A DNA stretch of 63,481 nucleotides, counting the filler, from an uncultured Methanosarcinales archaeon (GTDB taxonomy: Archaea; Nanobdellota; Nanobdellia; Woesearchaeales; CAZOXR01): assembly GCA_964566535.1 (NCBI GenBank). It is 4 parts of 4 records of this genome, joined end to end, with 100 filler letters (N's around TTAATTAATTAA, not from the genome) between each part and the next. Parts side by side here need not be neighbours in the genome. Positions count along the whole stretch, not along the records: positions 28,829 to 55,661 come from CAZMIO010000015.1; 3 more parts are not named here. The stretch is one strand, 5' to 3'. The translations under genes and the position numbers were made by a program. This document shows, one piece after another, positions 28,829 to 39,324 of the stretch (position 1 is its first letter; the number at the start of each line of letters is the position of its first letter). The notes under the pieces are model-generated. The model did no database searches and was not told where the DNA came from. It was given only the letters and a program-made list of their open reading frames with translations.

Positions 28829-29026
28829 GTTTTCTTTATTTTTGAAATAGTTAAGCAAGTCTTTGTTAATCTCATCTGCGTTTTCGAATTTGTTGTAGAT
28901 ATTCAACTTAGTAAACTCTTGTTGATAAAAGTCTTCATTAAAGAGAACTAATTTGAAGTTAGTTAAAAGGATTAATGAAGATATGAATAGGATAAGTGTC
29001 CATTTGAGGATGTTTTTCTTTTTCAT
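28829..29026 (-). CDS. Membrane protein, DUF1461/TIGR01906-like (3'-truncated)
   Basis: N-terminal TM followed by FNEDFYQQEFTKLNIY...DLLNYF; cut by the linker. Confidence 0.55.
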
Positions 29027-29550
29027 TTATCTGAGATAACTTTACCTACTTTGACATCAAAGTCATCTATTGGGATTTTTTCTATTATCTGCGAAGAGAA
29101 TGTTAATCCGATTGTTTTTGCTTTTATTTTTTTTAGTAATCTATCGTAGTAACCTTTTCCGTATCCGATTCTGTACCTTTTTTTGTCGAATATGATTGCT
29201 GGGACGATGATTAGGTCGACTTTCTTTATTTCTTTTATTTTAGAAGGTTCTAAGTTGCCATATTTGTTTTTCTTATCTAAATCTTTGAATGAATCTATCT
29301 TTGAGAGGATTAAAATATCTTTTTTTACAACTGGAACAGAAACTTCTTTAGTTTTTAGTGCTTCTTTTATCATGTCGTGGGTGAAGACTTCTGAATTGAA
29401 TGAAACGTAGACGCAGACTGATTTTGCTTTTTTGTATTCTTTTGAAGAGAAGAGTTTTTCTTTTATGATATTTGATTTTGATTTTATTTCTTCTTTGTTT
29501 AATTTATTTCTTTTATCTAAGAAGGCTTTTCTTAATATGTCTTTGTCCAT
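29023..29550 (-). CDS. 5-formyltetrahydrofolate cyclo-ligase
   Basis: KDILRK, YVSFNSEVFT, GNLEP, DLIIVPAIIFD, RIGYGKGYYDRLL. Confidence 0.94.
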   Translation of the reverse strand: MDKDILRKAFLDKRNKLNKEEIKSKSNIIKEKLFSSKEYKKAKSVCVYVSFNSEVFTHDMIKEALKTKEVSVPVVKKDILILSKIDSFKDLDKKNKYGNLEPSKIKEIKKVDLIIVPAIIFDKKRYRIGYGKGYYDRLLKKIKAKTIGLTFSSQIIEKIPIDDFDVKVGKVISDK

Positions 29551-29594
29551 AAGATGTATAAAATATTAATTCCTTTTAAATCTATTGAAAAAAA

Positions 29595-30983
<1,389 letters not shown>

Positions 30984-31200
30984 TTAGTTTTTTCGATGAA
31001 TACGATGTAATTTAGCAATTTCAATGGTGGAAAATATGGGATTGAAATTGCACTTGATAAAATGATAAGGTTTTTGAGACTTTCTAGTTTCAAACCATTC
31101 ATGATTCCCCTTTGGGGAACTCATAAAGTTTTAGAAAAGTTTAAATATGAGTAAATGGGATGTATAATATTATAGATATCAAGATAGAAAAATTGGTGAA

Positions 31201-32586
31201 ATGGTAATGAAGAAAAAGGGAGTTTACCTAATTAGTTTAGTACTTTTGATAATTTTCTCAGTTAATGTGTTTGGGCAGAATGTTGGTGCTGATTTTGAAA
31301 GTATCTTTAAGACGCTTTCTAACTTTAATATTGCTGAGATTTATTCTACTTACCCAGAAGTTGTTGACTCTATTCTTTACTTTGTCTTCTTTATTGGTAT
31401 TGCGCAATTTGGATTAGCTAAGAAGATGGAGGGGAGAGGCGGTAAGTCAGTAATAATTGTGATAGGTATTGCGCTTGCCATAGCAATGTCTGTATGGGAG
31501 AAGAATACGGGATGGAATTTAGGTAAATTGGCTCCATTGGCTGCTAGTATTTTGATACTTACGTTAGCTATGTTTATTGTTAGGATTTTCAAAGGAGATG
31601 AAAATGCTAAAGATGGAGTATGGATTGCTACAATTGTACTGTACATTGCAATGACTACAATTTTCCCTCAATGGATTGGTTGGTTACAAGAATCAGGATG
31701 GGGAAGGTCTGTTTGGAGTATCTTTACGATTTTATTTGTTATTGCAATACCCATGATATTAACTAAGTTGTTTGGTGGTGGAGGGGGAGATAGTAAATTT
31801 GGTGAAGGTGGGCTTATGGGCGGTCTTGGTGGTGGGAAGGGTGGAGGAGGTAAAGGTGGTGGTGGAAAGAAGAAGGGTTCTGATGATAGGGGAAGTAAGA
31901 AGAAAGGTAAGAAGAAAGCGAAGAAAGGTGCTGATTTATCCAGAGCTGAGAAGGATGTTGAAGAAAATTTAAAGGGATTAGTGAAGGATGCGCAAGTGCA
32001 TCAGGTTGATGAACAAGTTAGGAATTTAAAAATGATTAAGGATGCGCTTGAAGGTAAAGGTAATCCTAAAGAGAGGAGACAACTAATTATCAAAAAATTA
32101 GGGGATGTTCATCATGGAGAAGACAATTTTAAGGCTTATCTTAAAGGGATTACTGATAGGTTAGCTGTAGTTGGAGAGTTGCTTAATAAGGAATCTTTTG
32201 TTTTTAAAAGTGGTGAGAAAGCAGATATAAAAACACGATTGGGACTTACAAGTAGAAGTCATATTAGTAGTACCGATGATAAACTAAAAACAGGGATAAA
32301 AGGTATTATTGAAAGAGAAGTGGGCTTTTTTAAGAGGTATTTGATAGGGGCCAGAAGAGATGCGGTTAATGATGAGAATAATTTTAGAACAAAAATAAAT
32401 GAATTGGTTGGGGAACTTAGGAAAGGAGAGATTGTAGCAGCAAATGCTGCTATTGATGGAGCGATTAGAATTAAAGATGGGCAAAAAGCCCATTTTGCTA
32501 AAATGCAGGAAGGTCTTCAGGCAATGGAAAGGCTAGATGAAGGGGAATTAGCGGATTTTATTAAGATTATTAAAAATAGAACTTAA
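31201..32586 (+). CDS. Membrane protein with about 6 TM segments, a Gly/Lys-rich linker and a helical cytoplasmic domain
   Basis: Hydrophobic N-terminal half, GGGKGGGGKGGGG linker, charged helical C-terminal half; SD GGTGA. Confidence 0.75.
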   Translation: MVMKKKGVYLISLVLLIIFSVNVFGQNVGADFESIFKTLSNFNIAEIYSTYPEVVDSILYFVFFIGIAQFGLAKKMEGRGGKSVIIVIGIALAIAMSVWEKNTGWNLGKLAPLAASILILTLAMFIVRIFKGDENAKDGVWIATIVLYIAMTTIFPQWIGWLQESGWGRSVWSIFTILFVIAIPMILTKLFGGGGGDSKFGEGGLMGGLGGGKGGGGKGGGGKKKGSDDRGSKKKGKKKAKKGADLSRAEKDVEENLKGLVKDAQVHQVDEQVRNLKMIKDALEGKGNPKERRQLIIKKLGDVHHGEDNFKAYLKGITDRLAVVGELLNKESFVFKSGEKADIKTRLGLTSRSHISSTDDKLKTGIKGIIEREVGFFKRYLIGARRDAVNDENNFRTKINELVGELRKGEIVAANAAIDGAIRIKDGQKAHFAKMQEGLQAMERLDEGELADFIKIIKNRT

Positions 32587-32751
32587 AATGATTAAACTTT
32601 TTCTCAACCCATACCCATAACGCCATAGACGAAGCCAATCAGTCCTACGATTATTGTAAAAAATAATATAGTAGAGGACACAAACATTCAAATATTATTG
32701 TCCGTAAGTATCGATATATTTTTATACTTAGACTAGTTAATTAATGTCACA

Positions 32752-32961
32752 ATGAGCGAAACAGCTTTTGAAAAAAAGGTGCTGGATAGACTTTCACATC
32801 TTGAGAAAGGCATTGGTACGATGAAGCAGGAAATAGATTTGATTAAAGAGAAAGTTGTGGATGATGCGACATTAAGCGAAGAGGATAAGAAAGCAATAGA
32901 TGATGCTCTGAAAGAAGAAAAAGAAGGTAAACTTCTCAGTAAAGACCAAGTCTTTAGCTAA
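32752..32961 (+). CDS. Putative antitoxin
   Basis: 69 aa with coiled-coil N-terminus and LSEEDKKAIDDALKEEKEGKLLS tail typical of archaeal RelE-partner antitoxins; directly upstream of the toxin. Confidence 0.75.
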   Translation: MSETAFEKKVLDRLSHLEKGIGTMKQEIDLIKEKVVDDATLSEEDKKAIDDALKEEKEGKLLSKDQVFS

Positions 32962-32968
32962 GATAGTC

Positions 32969-33232
32969 ATATTTCCAGCAGAATTCTCTACAAGAGCTAA
33001 TAAATACATAAGTAAGTTAGACAAGGTTATGAAGATAAGAATCAAAACTAAGATTAATAGACTTGAAGTGGATCCTTTCCCAAAAGAGGTTGAAAGAGTA
33101 GAGGATTACAAGGGCAAGAAGGTTTTTAGGGCGAGGGTTGGTGATCAAAGAATTCTTTATATTGTTAATTATAGTCCAAATAAACTCATTGTTACTAAAA
33201 TTGACAAAAGAGGAAGGGTTTATAACAAATAA
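32969..33232 (+). CDS. relE: RelE/ParE-family toxin (expected start codon is ATA; first ATG at 33029)
   Basis: In-frame IFPAEFSTRANKYISKLDK upstream of the ATG, then RIKTKINRLEVDPFP...FRARVGDQRILY...KIDKRGRVY. Confidence 0.85.
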   Translation: MFPAEFSTRANKYISKLDKVMKIRIKTKINRLEVDPFPKEVERVEDYKGKKVFRARVGDQRILYIVNYSPNKLIVTKIDKRGRVYNK

Positions 33233-33244
33233 AAAAACTTTTTC

Positions 33245-33616
33245 TTAACCCATACCCATAACGCCATAAACAAAGCCAATTAATCCTACGATTATTATGA
33301 TTCCTGAATAGATTGGGCCTGTTGTTGGGATGAAGGCTGGGACGAATTCTGAGATTAGGGGTAGGACTCCACCCAATGCAGTTAGTAGGCCTATGATTAT
33401 GGTTATTACTCTTTCTGCGCCCATTATCATCTTGTTGATTATGCCGTAGACTAGACCAACTGCTCCAATGACCATTATTAGTATTGAGTAACCCATTCCT
33501 GAGGAAGGGATTGATTCTGGCAGAACGTTAAGAGAGTCTGCGCCTAAGAAAGGGATAGCACCTGCAAAGACTATTAGTAAACCAAGAATTGTAATCATTA
33601 CTTTCATTGTATGCAC
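33245..33616 (-). CDS. Small 4-TM membrane protein with an internal two-fold repeat
   Basis: Two similar halves (GLL...G..P...P..IP..G..YS..I..G..G.VYG); SD GAGGTG. Confidence 0.75.
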   Translation of the reverse strand: MHTMKVMITILGLLIVFAGAIPFLGADSLNVLPESIPSSGMGYSILIMVIGAVGLVYGIINKMIMGAERVITIIIGLLTALGGVLPLISEFVPAFIPTTGPIYSGIIIIVGLIGFVYGVMGMG

Positions 33617-33719
33617 CTCTTTTAATGCTGTTTATTTGGTTCTAGGTATATAAAGTTTTTGGAAAGATAAGAAAGATTTATATAACTTTAAAAAAAATAT
33701 TGAGGTAGAGGTGATTTAG

Positions 33720-34382
33720 ATGGCTAGGGCTATAAGATCTGTACTTACTCCTCTTGAAGCAAGTGAAAGGATGTATAATGCTTTTAGAGCTTTTTACAAG
33801 GCAATTACAACTTTTAATAAAGAAAAAAATCAAAAGGCTGAAAGGTTTCATGCTGTTTTGGAGTCTAATGATATTGTTGATGCTTCTTATGATACTTTAA
33901 GATATACTTTACTAAGTCAATATGCAGGATATTTGCAAAGCCTTGAGGCAATGGCCAAGGCTAATCCACAATATATGGAAATGGCTATTGCGAATGCTGA
34001 AAAGGCGAAAGAACTTTTTGAGAAGTCTAGGAGATCTGAACGTGAGGCTATGAAGAAATGTGATTTCTTAAGGCGGCAGTCTATTCACCTTAGGGAATCT
34101 GCAAAAAATATTTCAAAGAATCTGAAAAGATTAAGAAGCAAGAAATTAAGAGAGGCACAAAGGCAACAAGCAGCAGATAGCAAAAGATTCCAAGTTAAAG
34201 AAGGGAAAAGACAAAAAGGATATTCAAGAAAGGAGAGAGATGATGCAATGAAGAGGATGAAGGACGCTCAACCAAAAGGAAGAAAGGAGAAGAGATTTGA
34301 TGTTGTTGGCGGGCCTGCGAAGAAGAAAGGTAAAAAGGTTGATGTTGTTGGCGGGCCTAACAGGGATGTTGCCAACTTTTAA
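33720..34382 (+). CDS. Hypothetical basic coiled-coil protein
   Basis: SD GAGGTGA; 20-bp direct repeat near the 3' end (34297-34316, 34339-34358) encoding DVVGGP twice. Confidence 0.7.
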   Translation: MARAIRSVLTPLEASERMYNAFRAFYKAITTFNKEKNQKAERFHAVLESNDIVDASYDTLRYTLLSQYAGYLQSLEAMAKANPQYMEMAIANAEKAKELFEKSRRSEREAMKKCDFLRRQSIHLRESAKNISKNLKRLRSKKLREAQRQQAADSKRFQVKEGKRQKGYSRKERDDAMKRMKDAQPKGRKEKRFDVVGGPAKKKGKKVDVVGGPNRDVANF

Positions 34383-34441
34383 TTTTATTAATTTTGTAAT
34401 GAAGACAAATATTTATAAAGAAAAAAGGGGTCTAAAAGAAT

Positions 34442-35152
34442 ATGCAAATTAAATTAAATAAAAAGCCTAAAAATCCAGTTATAATTGAAGGTTTTCCGGG
34501 TTTTGGATTAGTAGGTACGATTGCTTCTGAGTTTTTAGTTGATCATTTAGAGTGTGAGCAGATTGGAAAGATAATATTTGATGATCTTCCGCCATTAGTT
34601 GCCATACATGATAATAAGGTAGTTGAGCCGTTAGGAATATTTCATGATAAGAAGCATAATGTAGTCATACTTCATGCTGTAACTGCTTCTAATGGGATTG
34701 AATGGGAGCTTGGGAATACTTTAGTTAAGTTAGCTAAGGAACTTGAGGCTAAGGAAGTTATTAGTTTAGAAGGTGTTGGTTCTGGAGATAAGGTTGAAGA
34801 GACAAAAACGTTTTATTATACAAGTGAAGAGAGTAGGAAGAAGGTTTTTAAGAATATGGGAATTGAGCCTTTGAAGGAAGGGATTATAATGGGTGTTACT
34901 GGAGCTTTGTTGTTAAGAGCAGAAGGTGTTCCTTTGTCTTGCATATTTGCAGAAACACATTCTAGTTTACCTGATAGTAAGGCAGCTGCGAAAGTGATTG
35001 AGACTTTAGACAAATATTTAGGTTTGAATGTGGATACTCAGCCACTATTGGAGCAAGCTGCTAAGTTTGAGGATAAACTGAAAGGGATGTTATCACAAGG
35101 GCATAAGATGCAGGAAATGAGTGATAAGAAGAAGATGAGTTATGTTGGTTGA
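34442..35152 (+). CDS. Proteasome assembly chaperone (PAC2 family)
   Basis: IIEGFPGFGLVGTIA, EVISLEG, GIIMGVTGALL, FAETHSSLPDSKAAA, C-terminal SYVG. Confidence 0.9.
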   Translation: MQIKLNKKPKNPVIIEGFPGFGLVGTIASEFLVDHLECEQIGKIIFDDLPPLVAIHDNKVVEPLGIFHDKKHNVVILHAVTASNGIEWELGNTLVKLAKELEAKEVISLEGVGSGDKVEETKTFYYTSEESRKKVFKNMGIEPLKEGIIMGVTGALLLRAEGVPLSCIFAETHSSLPDSKAAAKVIETLDKYLGLNVDTQPLLEQAAKFEDKLKGMLSQGHKMQEMSDKKKMSYVG

Positions 35153-35181
35153 GTTCTAACTTAATTTTTGAATGTTATTGG

Positions 35182-36162
35182 TTAAACTAATCTTTTTAAT
35201 TCTTTAAGTTTTGCGTTTGCTGCTTTTTCTCCGCCATTTATGATTTCTCTTGCTTTGTCGAATTCAAACCATCCCATGTAGTCTTGTTTTGGGTTTATAT
35301 GAACATCATGAGGGTATGCTTTTAATGTTAATTCTGAAATTCTACTTATAACAATTGTGTATGACTGAATTATTGTTTCTGCTATTTCTGGAGGAGTACG
35401 GCCTGCCATAAAATCAATTATTGCTGCAGGAGTTAATACCCAGTCGAGAACTTTTATGATTAAAAATTTAAAGAGTCTTGGAATCTTTTCAATTTTCTTG
35501 TGTCTTAATGTGTCTTTTAGAATATCTAATTCCTTTCTAATAAAATCTTCTTTAAGGTCGTTTGCTAATGTTGATTGGTATTTTACATGGCTGTTTCTTT
35601 GTAATTGTTCTTGGTAGGTGGTTGAGACATCAACTGCAATTATCTTTTTGCATTGGTCTTGTAAGGATGCTATCGGTAAGGGATCGACCATACCTCCATC
35701 TATTATTTCTGCCCCATTAACTAATTCGGGCTTTAGGATGCCTGGAAGGGACATGGATGCCATTATTGCTTTGGTTACATTTCCACTGTTGAAAACAACT
35801 TTTTTTCCGTCAGTGAGTCTTGTCCCGCTGACATATAGTGGAGTTTTTAGTTGAGCAAATGATCTGTTTTTTGTAACTTTTTTAATAAGGTTTCTCATTG
35901 CGTACTTTCTTACGAGATAGTTTTTAGGAATTGTAAAATTAAATAGGTCCTTCCATTCAGTGTTGATTGCAAAATCTTCAATCTTTTCTATGTCCATCCC
36001 AGAACAATATAATGATCCAATAATTGCCCCCATTGAAGTTCCTGATACATGGCTAATTGGGATGTTATTGTCCTCGAGAACCTTTAGAACTCCTATGTGA
36101 GCAAAGCCTTTTGACATTCCACCTGATAATGCTATGCCTATACTATTCCTCTTTTTTTTCAT
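35182..36162 (-). CDS. Patatin-like phospholipase
   Basis: ALSGGMSKGFAHIGVL, GTSMG (GxSxG), ASMSLPG, DGG. Confidence 0.92.
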   Translation of the reverse strand: MKKKRNSIGIALSGGMSKGFAHIGVLKVLEDNNIPISHVSGTSMGAIIGSLYCSGMDIEKIEDFAINTEWKDLFNFTIPKNYLVRKYAMRNLIKKVTKNRSFAQLKTPLYVSGTRLTDGKKVVFNSGNVTKAIMASMSLPGILKPELVNGAEIIDGGMVDPLPIASLQDQCKKIIAVDVSTTYQEQLQRNSHVKYQSTLANDLKEDFIRKELDILKDTLRHKKIEKIPRLFKFLIIKVLDWVLTPAAIIDFMAGRTPPEIAETIIQSYTIVISRISELTLKAYPHDVHINPKQDYMGWFEFDKAREIINGGEKAANAKLKELKRLV

Positions 36163-36195
36163 TATCTTTATTTATTGTTTAGAAGTATAATAAGT

Positions 36196-37107
36196 TTATG
36201 GTTTTCTTAACCAATGCTGATGTGTTTTATAGAAATCATTGAATCCATATGTCTGCATTGTTTTAGCAAATCTTTCCGGGGTTAGATTTTTAAGATGATG
36301 TTCCTGATAACTGATAAATGCTGTTTCTGGCTTTGTATTTTGCCTCATTGCACCTTCTACAAACGGTAATACTCTTGTTTCAGAGGAAAATGATCTCATC
36401 AATTCTAATAATTGTTGTTTTTTTTGGTCAAAAGTACTTCCATCTTCATGAGTCATCATACCATAGACAAATTGGTAGGCTAAAGAATAATGTCTTCCTT
36501 GATGTTGTTCATCTGGGTCCTGGAAGTTCACCCAATCAATGTAACTATGTAAAGATTCAAGGCCTTTAAAATTAGGGTCTGCTAGTAATGCTTGTGCTCC
36601 TTTAAAGATGGCTTTTCTTTCTTTTTCAAATGCTTTATCAGAAGAATGCCTATGGGGCATTTCGTGACTGACATATTCTGCAACGCCTTCATCAAACCAT
36701 TTTGGTAAGCAGAAATTAAAACCAAGAAGATGGTAAAGGTGAGCTAGCTCATGTGTTAATACTCTTTGATATCTGGTTTCAATCTGCCCTATTGTCTGAC
36801 GCCATGTTTCAGGTTGCTCTACTCTTTGATCCAATGTTCCTTGATCTAATGGTCGTGTTAGGTCAGAAAAATGTATTGGGCGTTCAACTTGAATTCCTGG
36901 TACAAAAACATCTTCACTAATAACAGGCACAAATGTTGAATGATGTTCATTTGTATCGTCGACAACTATTTGAGCTAAAGAAGGAACGTTCCCATAAAAA
37001 TCATTGCAATAGGATAAAGCGTCGTAAACTAAGCTTTGCCTTTTGTCTTTTGCTGAAGGCAGAAGGTCTGCGTCCATAACATTCCCAATTTCAACTTGTA
37101 CTGGCAT
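36196..37107 (-). CDS. Gluzincin-type zinc metallopeptidase-like protein
   Basis: LTHELAH (HExxH) followed by PKWFDEGVAEY and a downstream YSLAY. Confidence 0.75.
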   Translation of the reverse strand: MPVQVEIGNVMDADLLPSAKDKRQSLVYDALSYCNDFYGNVPSLAQIVVDDTNEHHSTFVPVISEDVFVPGIQVERPIHFSDLTRPLDQGTLDQRVEQPETWRQTIGQIETRYQRVLTHELAHLYHLLGFNFCLPKWFDEGVAEYVSHEMPHRHSSDKAFEKERKAIFKGAQALLADPNFKGLESLHSYIDWVNFQDPDEQHQGRHYSLAYQFVYGMMTHEDGSTFDQKKQQLLELMRSFSSETRVLPFVEGAMRQNTKPETAFISYQEHHLKNLTPERFAKTMQTYGFNDFYKTHQHWLRKP

Positions 37108-37690
37108 TAAAAAATGGTTTATTCAGTTTTTTATTAATATATCTAAAATCTATTACTAAGACTCACTTTAGGTTTTTAGAGTTATTTTGGTTTTGCAAGG
37201 TTTGAGTTAGTTAATTCCTAATAGTTTGGAATTTAGTGTTTATAGGGGCTATAAGTGGATTTTTAGAAGACCATTTATGGTGCCTAACTGGTGATTTTGT
37301 AGAGAATTGAAGTGGAGGTTGTTGAGGTATTGGAAGTAGGGTTGTTAGGCCTCACTTTCATTTTTTCAGGTGTATAATCTGATGTAGTTTTAGATCAATA
37401 ATTTGTAGATTGTTGATTTTGTTTGGGACGCCCTTTTTTAACACTCACTTTAGGTTTTGAAAATTAATTATTTTCCATATTGAAAATAAATAAAAAGTGA
37501 GATGTTGTAGTGCAATATAGAGGTTATAATAGTTGTAATAGAATTAATACTTTATTATTAGTCTATTATAATAGTTATATTTTATTATAGATATTAGAGT
37601 ATAATATCAATTCTTATTAGAATAAAAATAAATGAAAAAATTATTTTTGGAATAGTTGAAAAAATGAGTTTGTCGTCGAAAAAATGGAAA

Positions 37691-38356
37691 TTAGGAATCT
37701 TGCGTGCTCTTTTTATCGTCAAAATCAGTTAGTTTAACATTATCTTTTTCTTTGGGTTTTTGGTTGAATTTTTCAACTAATTTCTCATCATATAGCTGTT
37801 GAGTATCAGTTATTGAAGGGACTCCATACATCTGCAAAGTTGTTCTTGCGTCAGCATGGCCAGCTATTTTTTGAACCATATTGAAAGGTATTCCTGCTGC
37901 TAGGCTTAATCTTGAGAAACTATGACGGAAAATATGAGGATTTATGTGTTTTAGCTTAGGGTTTGGATTTGTCACATTTGCCCTATAAGCGCAATTAGAG
38001 ACGATTCTGTTGATTTGGCTTAATGAGAGGGGGTTTGTACCTTTTTTGTTACTTTGTACCAAATAACCCTGTTTACGGCTGTTTAAATAGAATTTTATGG
38101 CCTGGAGGGTGTCATCGTCAATAGGAACTGATCTTGATTTTGGATCCTTGCTATTTGCTCCTTTTCCCCTTGCAATGAAGATTCTTTTTCGCTCAAAATC
38201 AACGTCTTTTACTCTAAGATTTGTTAATTCGAACCTTCGCATACCAGTTCTTGCAAGGATTTTTAGAACTACATTTTCTTTGATATTTTTTGCAGCAGAA
38301 ATAATGCTGTTAATTTCATCCCAATTGAGGTAATACTCATTGAATTTTTTTGTCAT
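37691..38356 (-). CDS. Tyrosine recombinase, catalytic domain only (Xer/integrase family)
   Basis: TGMRRFEL (R), RGKG (K), HIFRHS (HxxR), AGHAD (H), TLQMY (Y); 221 aa with no N-terminal core-binding domain. Confidence 0.93.
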   Translation of the reverse strand: MTKKFNEYYLNWDEINSIISAAKNIKENVVLKILARTGMRRFELTNLRVKDVDFERKRIFIARGKGANSKDPKSRSVPIDDDTLQAIKFYLNSRKQGYLVQSNKKGTNPLSLSQINRIVSNCAYRANVTNPNPKLKHINPHIFRHSFSRLSLAAGIPFNMVQKIAGHADARTTLQMYGVPSITDTQQLYDEKLVEKFNQKPKEKDNVKLTDFDDKKSTQDS

Positions 38357-38707
38357 TGATCATCCTCTTTTTGTTAAAATCACCAAAAACCGATTTTAAT
38401 GTATAATCTTAGAAAAAACGCAATACTTGTATTTAAATGTTGCTTTTTTGCCGAAAAAAGGCTCAAAAACGCAACAAAAGTAGTAGAAGTGTTGCGTTTT
38501 GGAGGGAAATGGTGTCCAAGGTATAATTTGGGTTTCGAGGGCAGGGGTATTTCAGAGGATCTTAGGTGGTTTTTTGAGGTTGTTTTGGTTTACTGATTTT
38601 TTTGAGAAAAATCTATTAAAAAATTTTGAAAAAAATTATTGCTAAAAGTTTTTGTTTTTGATTAAAGGTTTTAAGAGAAAGAGGGGTGCAAAACTTTTAA
38701 GCAATGC

Positions 38708-39259
38708 TCAAAAGTTGCGGAAAGTTGTTTGTTCTATTTGTAGAATGTTTTCTTTTGCTTGTAGTTGTTTAAAGTTTTTGTCGATGTGGAGATATGCTTT
38801 TGAGTTGATGTATCTCTTCAAGACTGGGACTCCTTTCTCGACCATAGATGTGATGTAGGAGCTTACTAGATCCTCGGTAAGGCCTGTTAACCGTCCAATA
38901 TGGGTGTAGGTAACTGCGCCTTTCTCCTCAAGAGTATAGAGCATTAGGAAGATTTCCTGCTCTTGTTTTGTTAATGGTTTTATGTTGAAAGCAGGCTGTT
39001 TTTCAGTTTTGTAGTCTGAGCTTTGCTGTAAAAAAAGCTGCATTTGGTCTATTCTTTGGCCTAATTTATCGATTTTAGAGTCTATTTCAGCTAGATATTG
39101 ATGAGTAGACTGTATTTCGTTCGTATTTTCATTAATAGAGATTAAATGGTCATCAAATTCATCTCTTAGTTGAGAAAATGTCTCTTTAACATCTCCGCTT
39201 ACACTTACAAGTGTAGCGTATTGTTCACTCTTTTTGGATTCGTTGTTCAAACTTACCAC
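38708..39259 (-). CDS. Coiled-coil plus winged-helix DNA-binding protein
   Basis: Heptad-rich N-terminal half; LTKQEQEIFLML...VTYTHIGRLTGLTEDLVSSYITSMVEKGVPV HTH/wing. Confidence 0.75.
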   Translation of the reverse strand: MVSLNNESKKSEQYATLVSVSGDVKETFSQLRDEFDDHLISINENTNEIQSTHQYLAEIDSKIDKLGQRIDQMQLFLQQSSDYKTEKQPAFNIKPLTKQEQEIFLMLYTLEEKGAVTYTHIGRLTGLTEDLVSSYITSMVEKGVPVLKRYINSKAYLHIDKNFKQLQAKENILQIEQTTFRNF

Positions 39260-39324
39260 CCCAAAGGTTTAGTAGGGTTGGTGGTTTAAATAGATTTGTG
39301 TTGTGGAAAGTATATGAAAAAAAA

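Larger units (their letters stand above)
32594..33296. mobile_element. Mini-island: toxin-antitoxin pair flanked by 62-bp imperfect direct repeats (32594-32655 and 33235-33296)
   Basis: Repeats are 57/62 identical and correspond to the 3' end of gene 33245-33616; all differences are synonymous. Confidence 0.75.

Noticed and set aside
28584..29026. GC-skew inversion suggesting an origin or terminus
   Set aside because: It coincides with the artificial contig join.
32594..33296. DGR template/variable repeat pair
   Set aside because: Mismatches are not confined to adenines on one strand, all are synonymous, and there is no reverse transcriptase in the window.
35182..36162. Patatin as part of the lipid operon
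   Set aside because: It is on a different contig, so no physical linkage can be claimed.
37480..37690. dif site next to the tyrosine recombinase
   Set aside because: Several TATAA/TTATA half-sites are present, but no convincing 11-6-11 dyad stands out from the AT-rich background.
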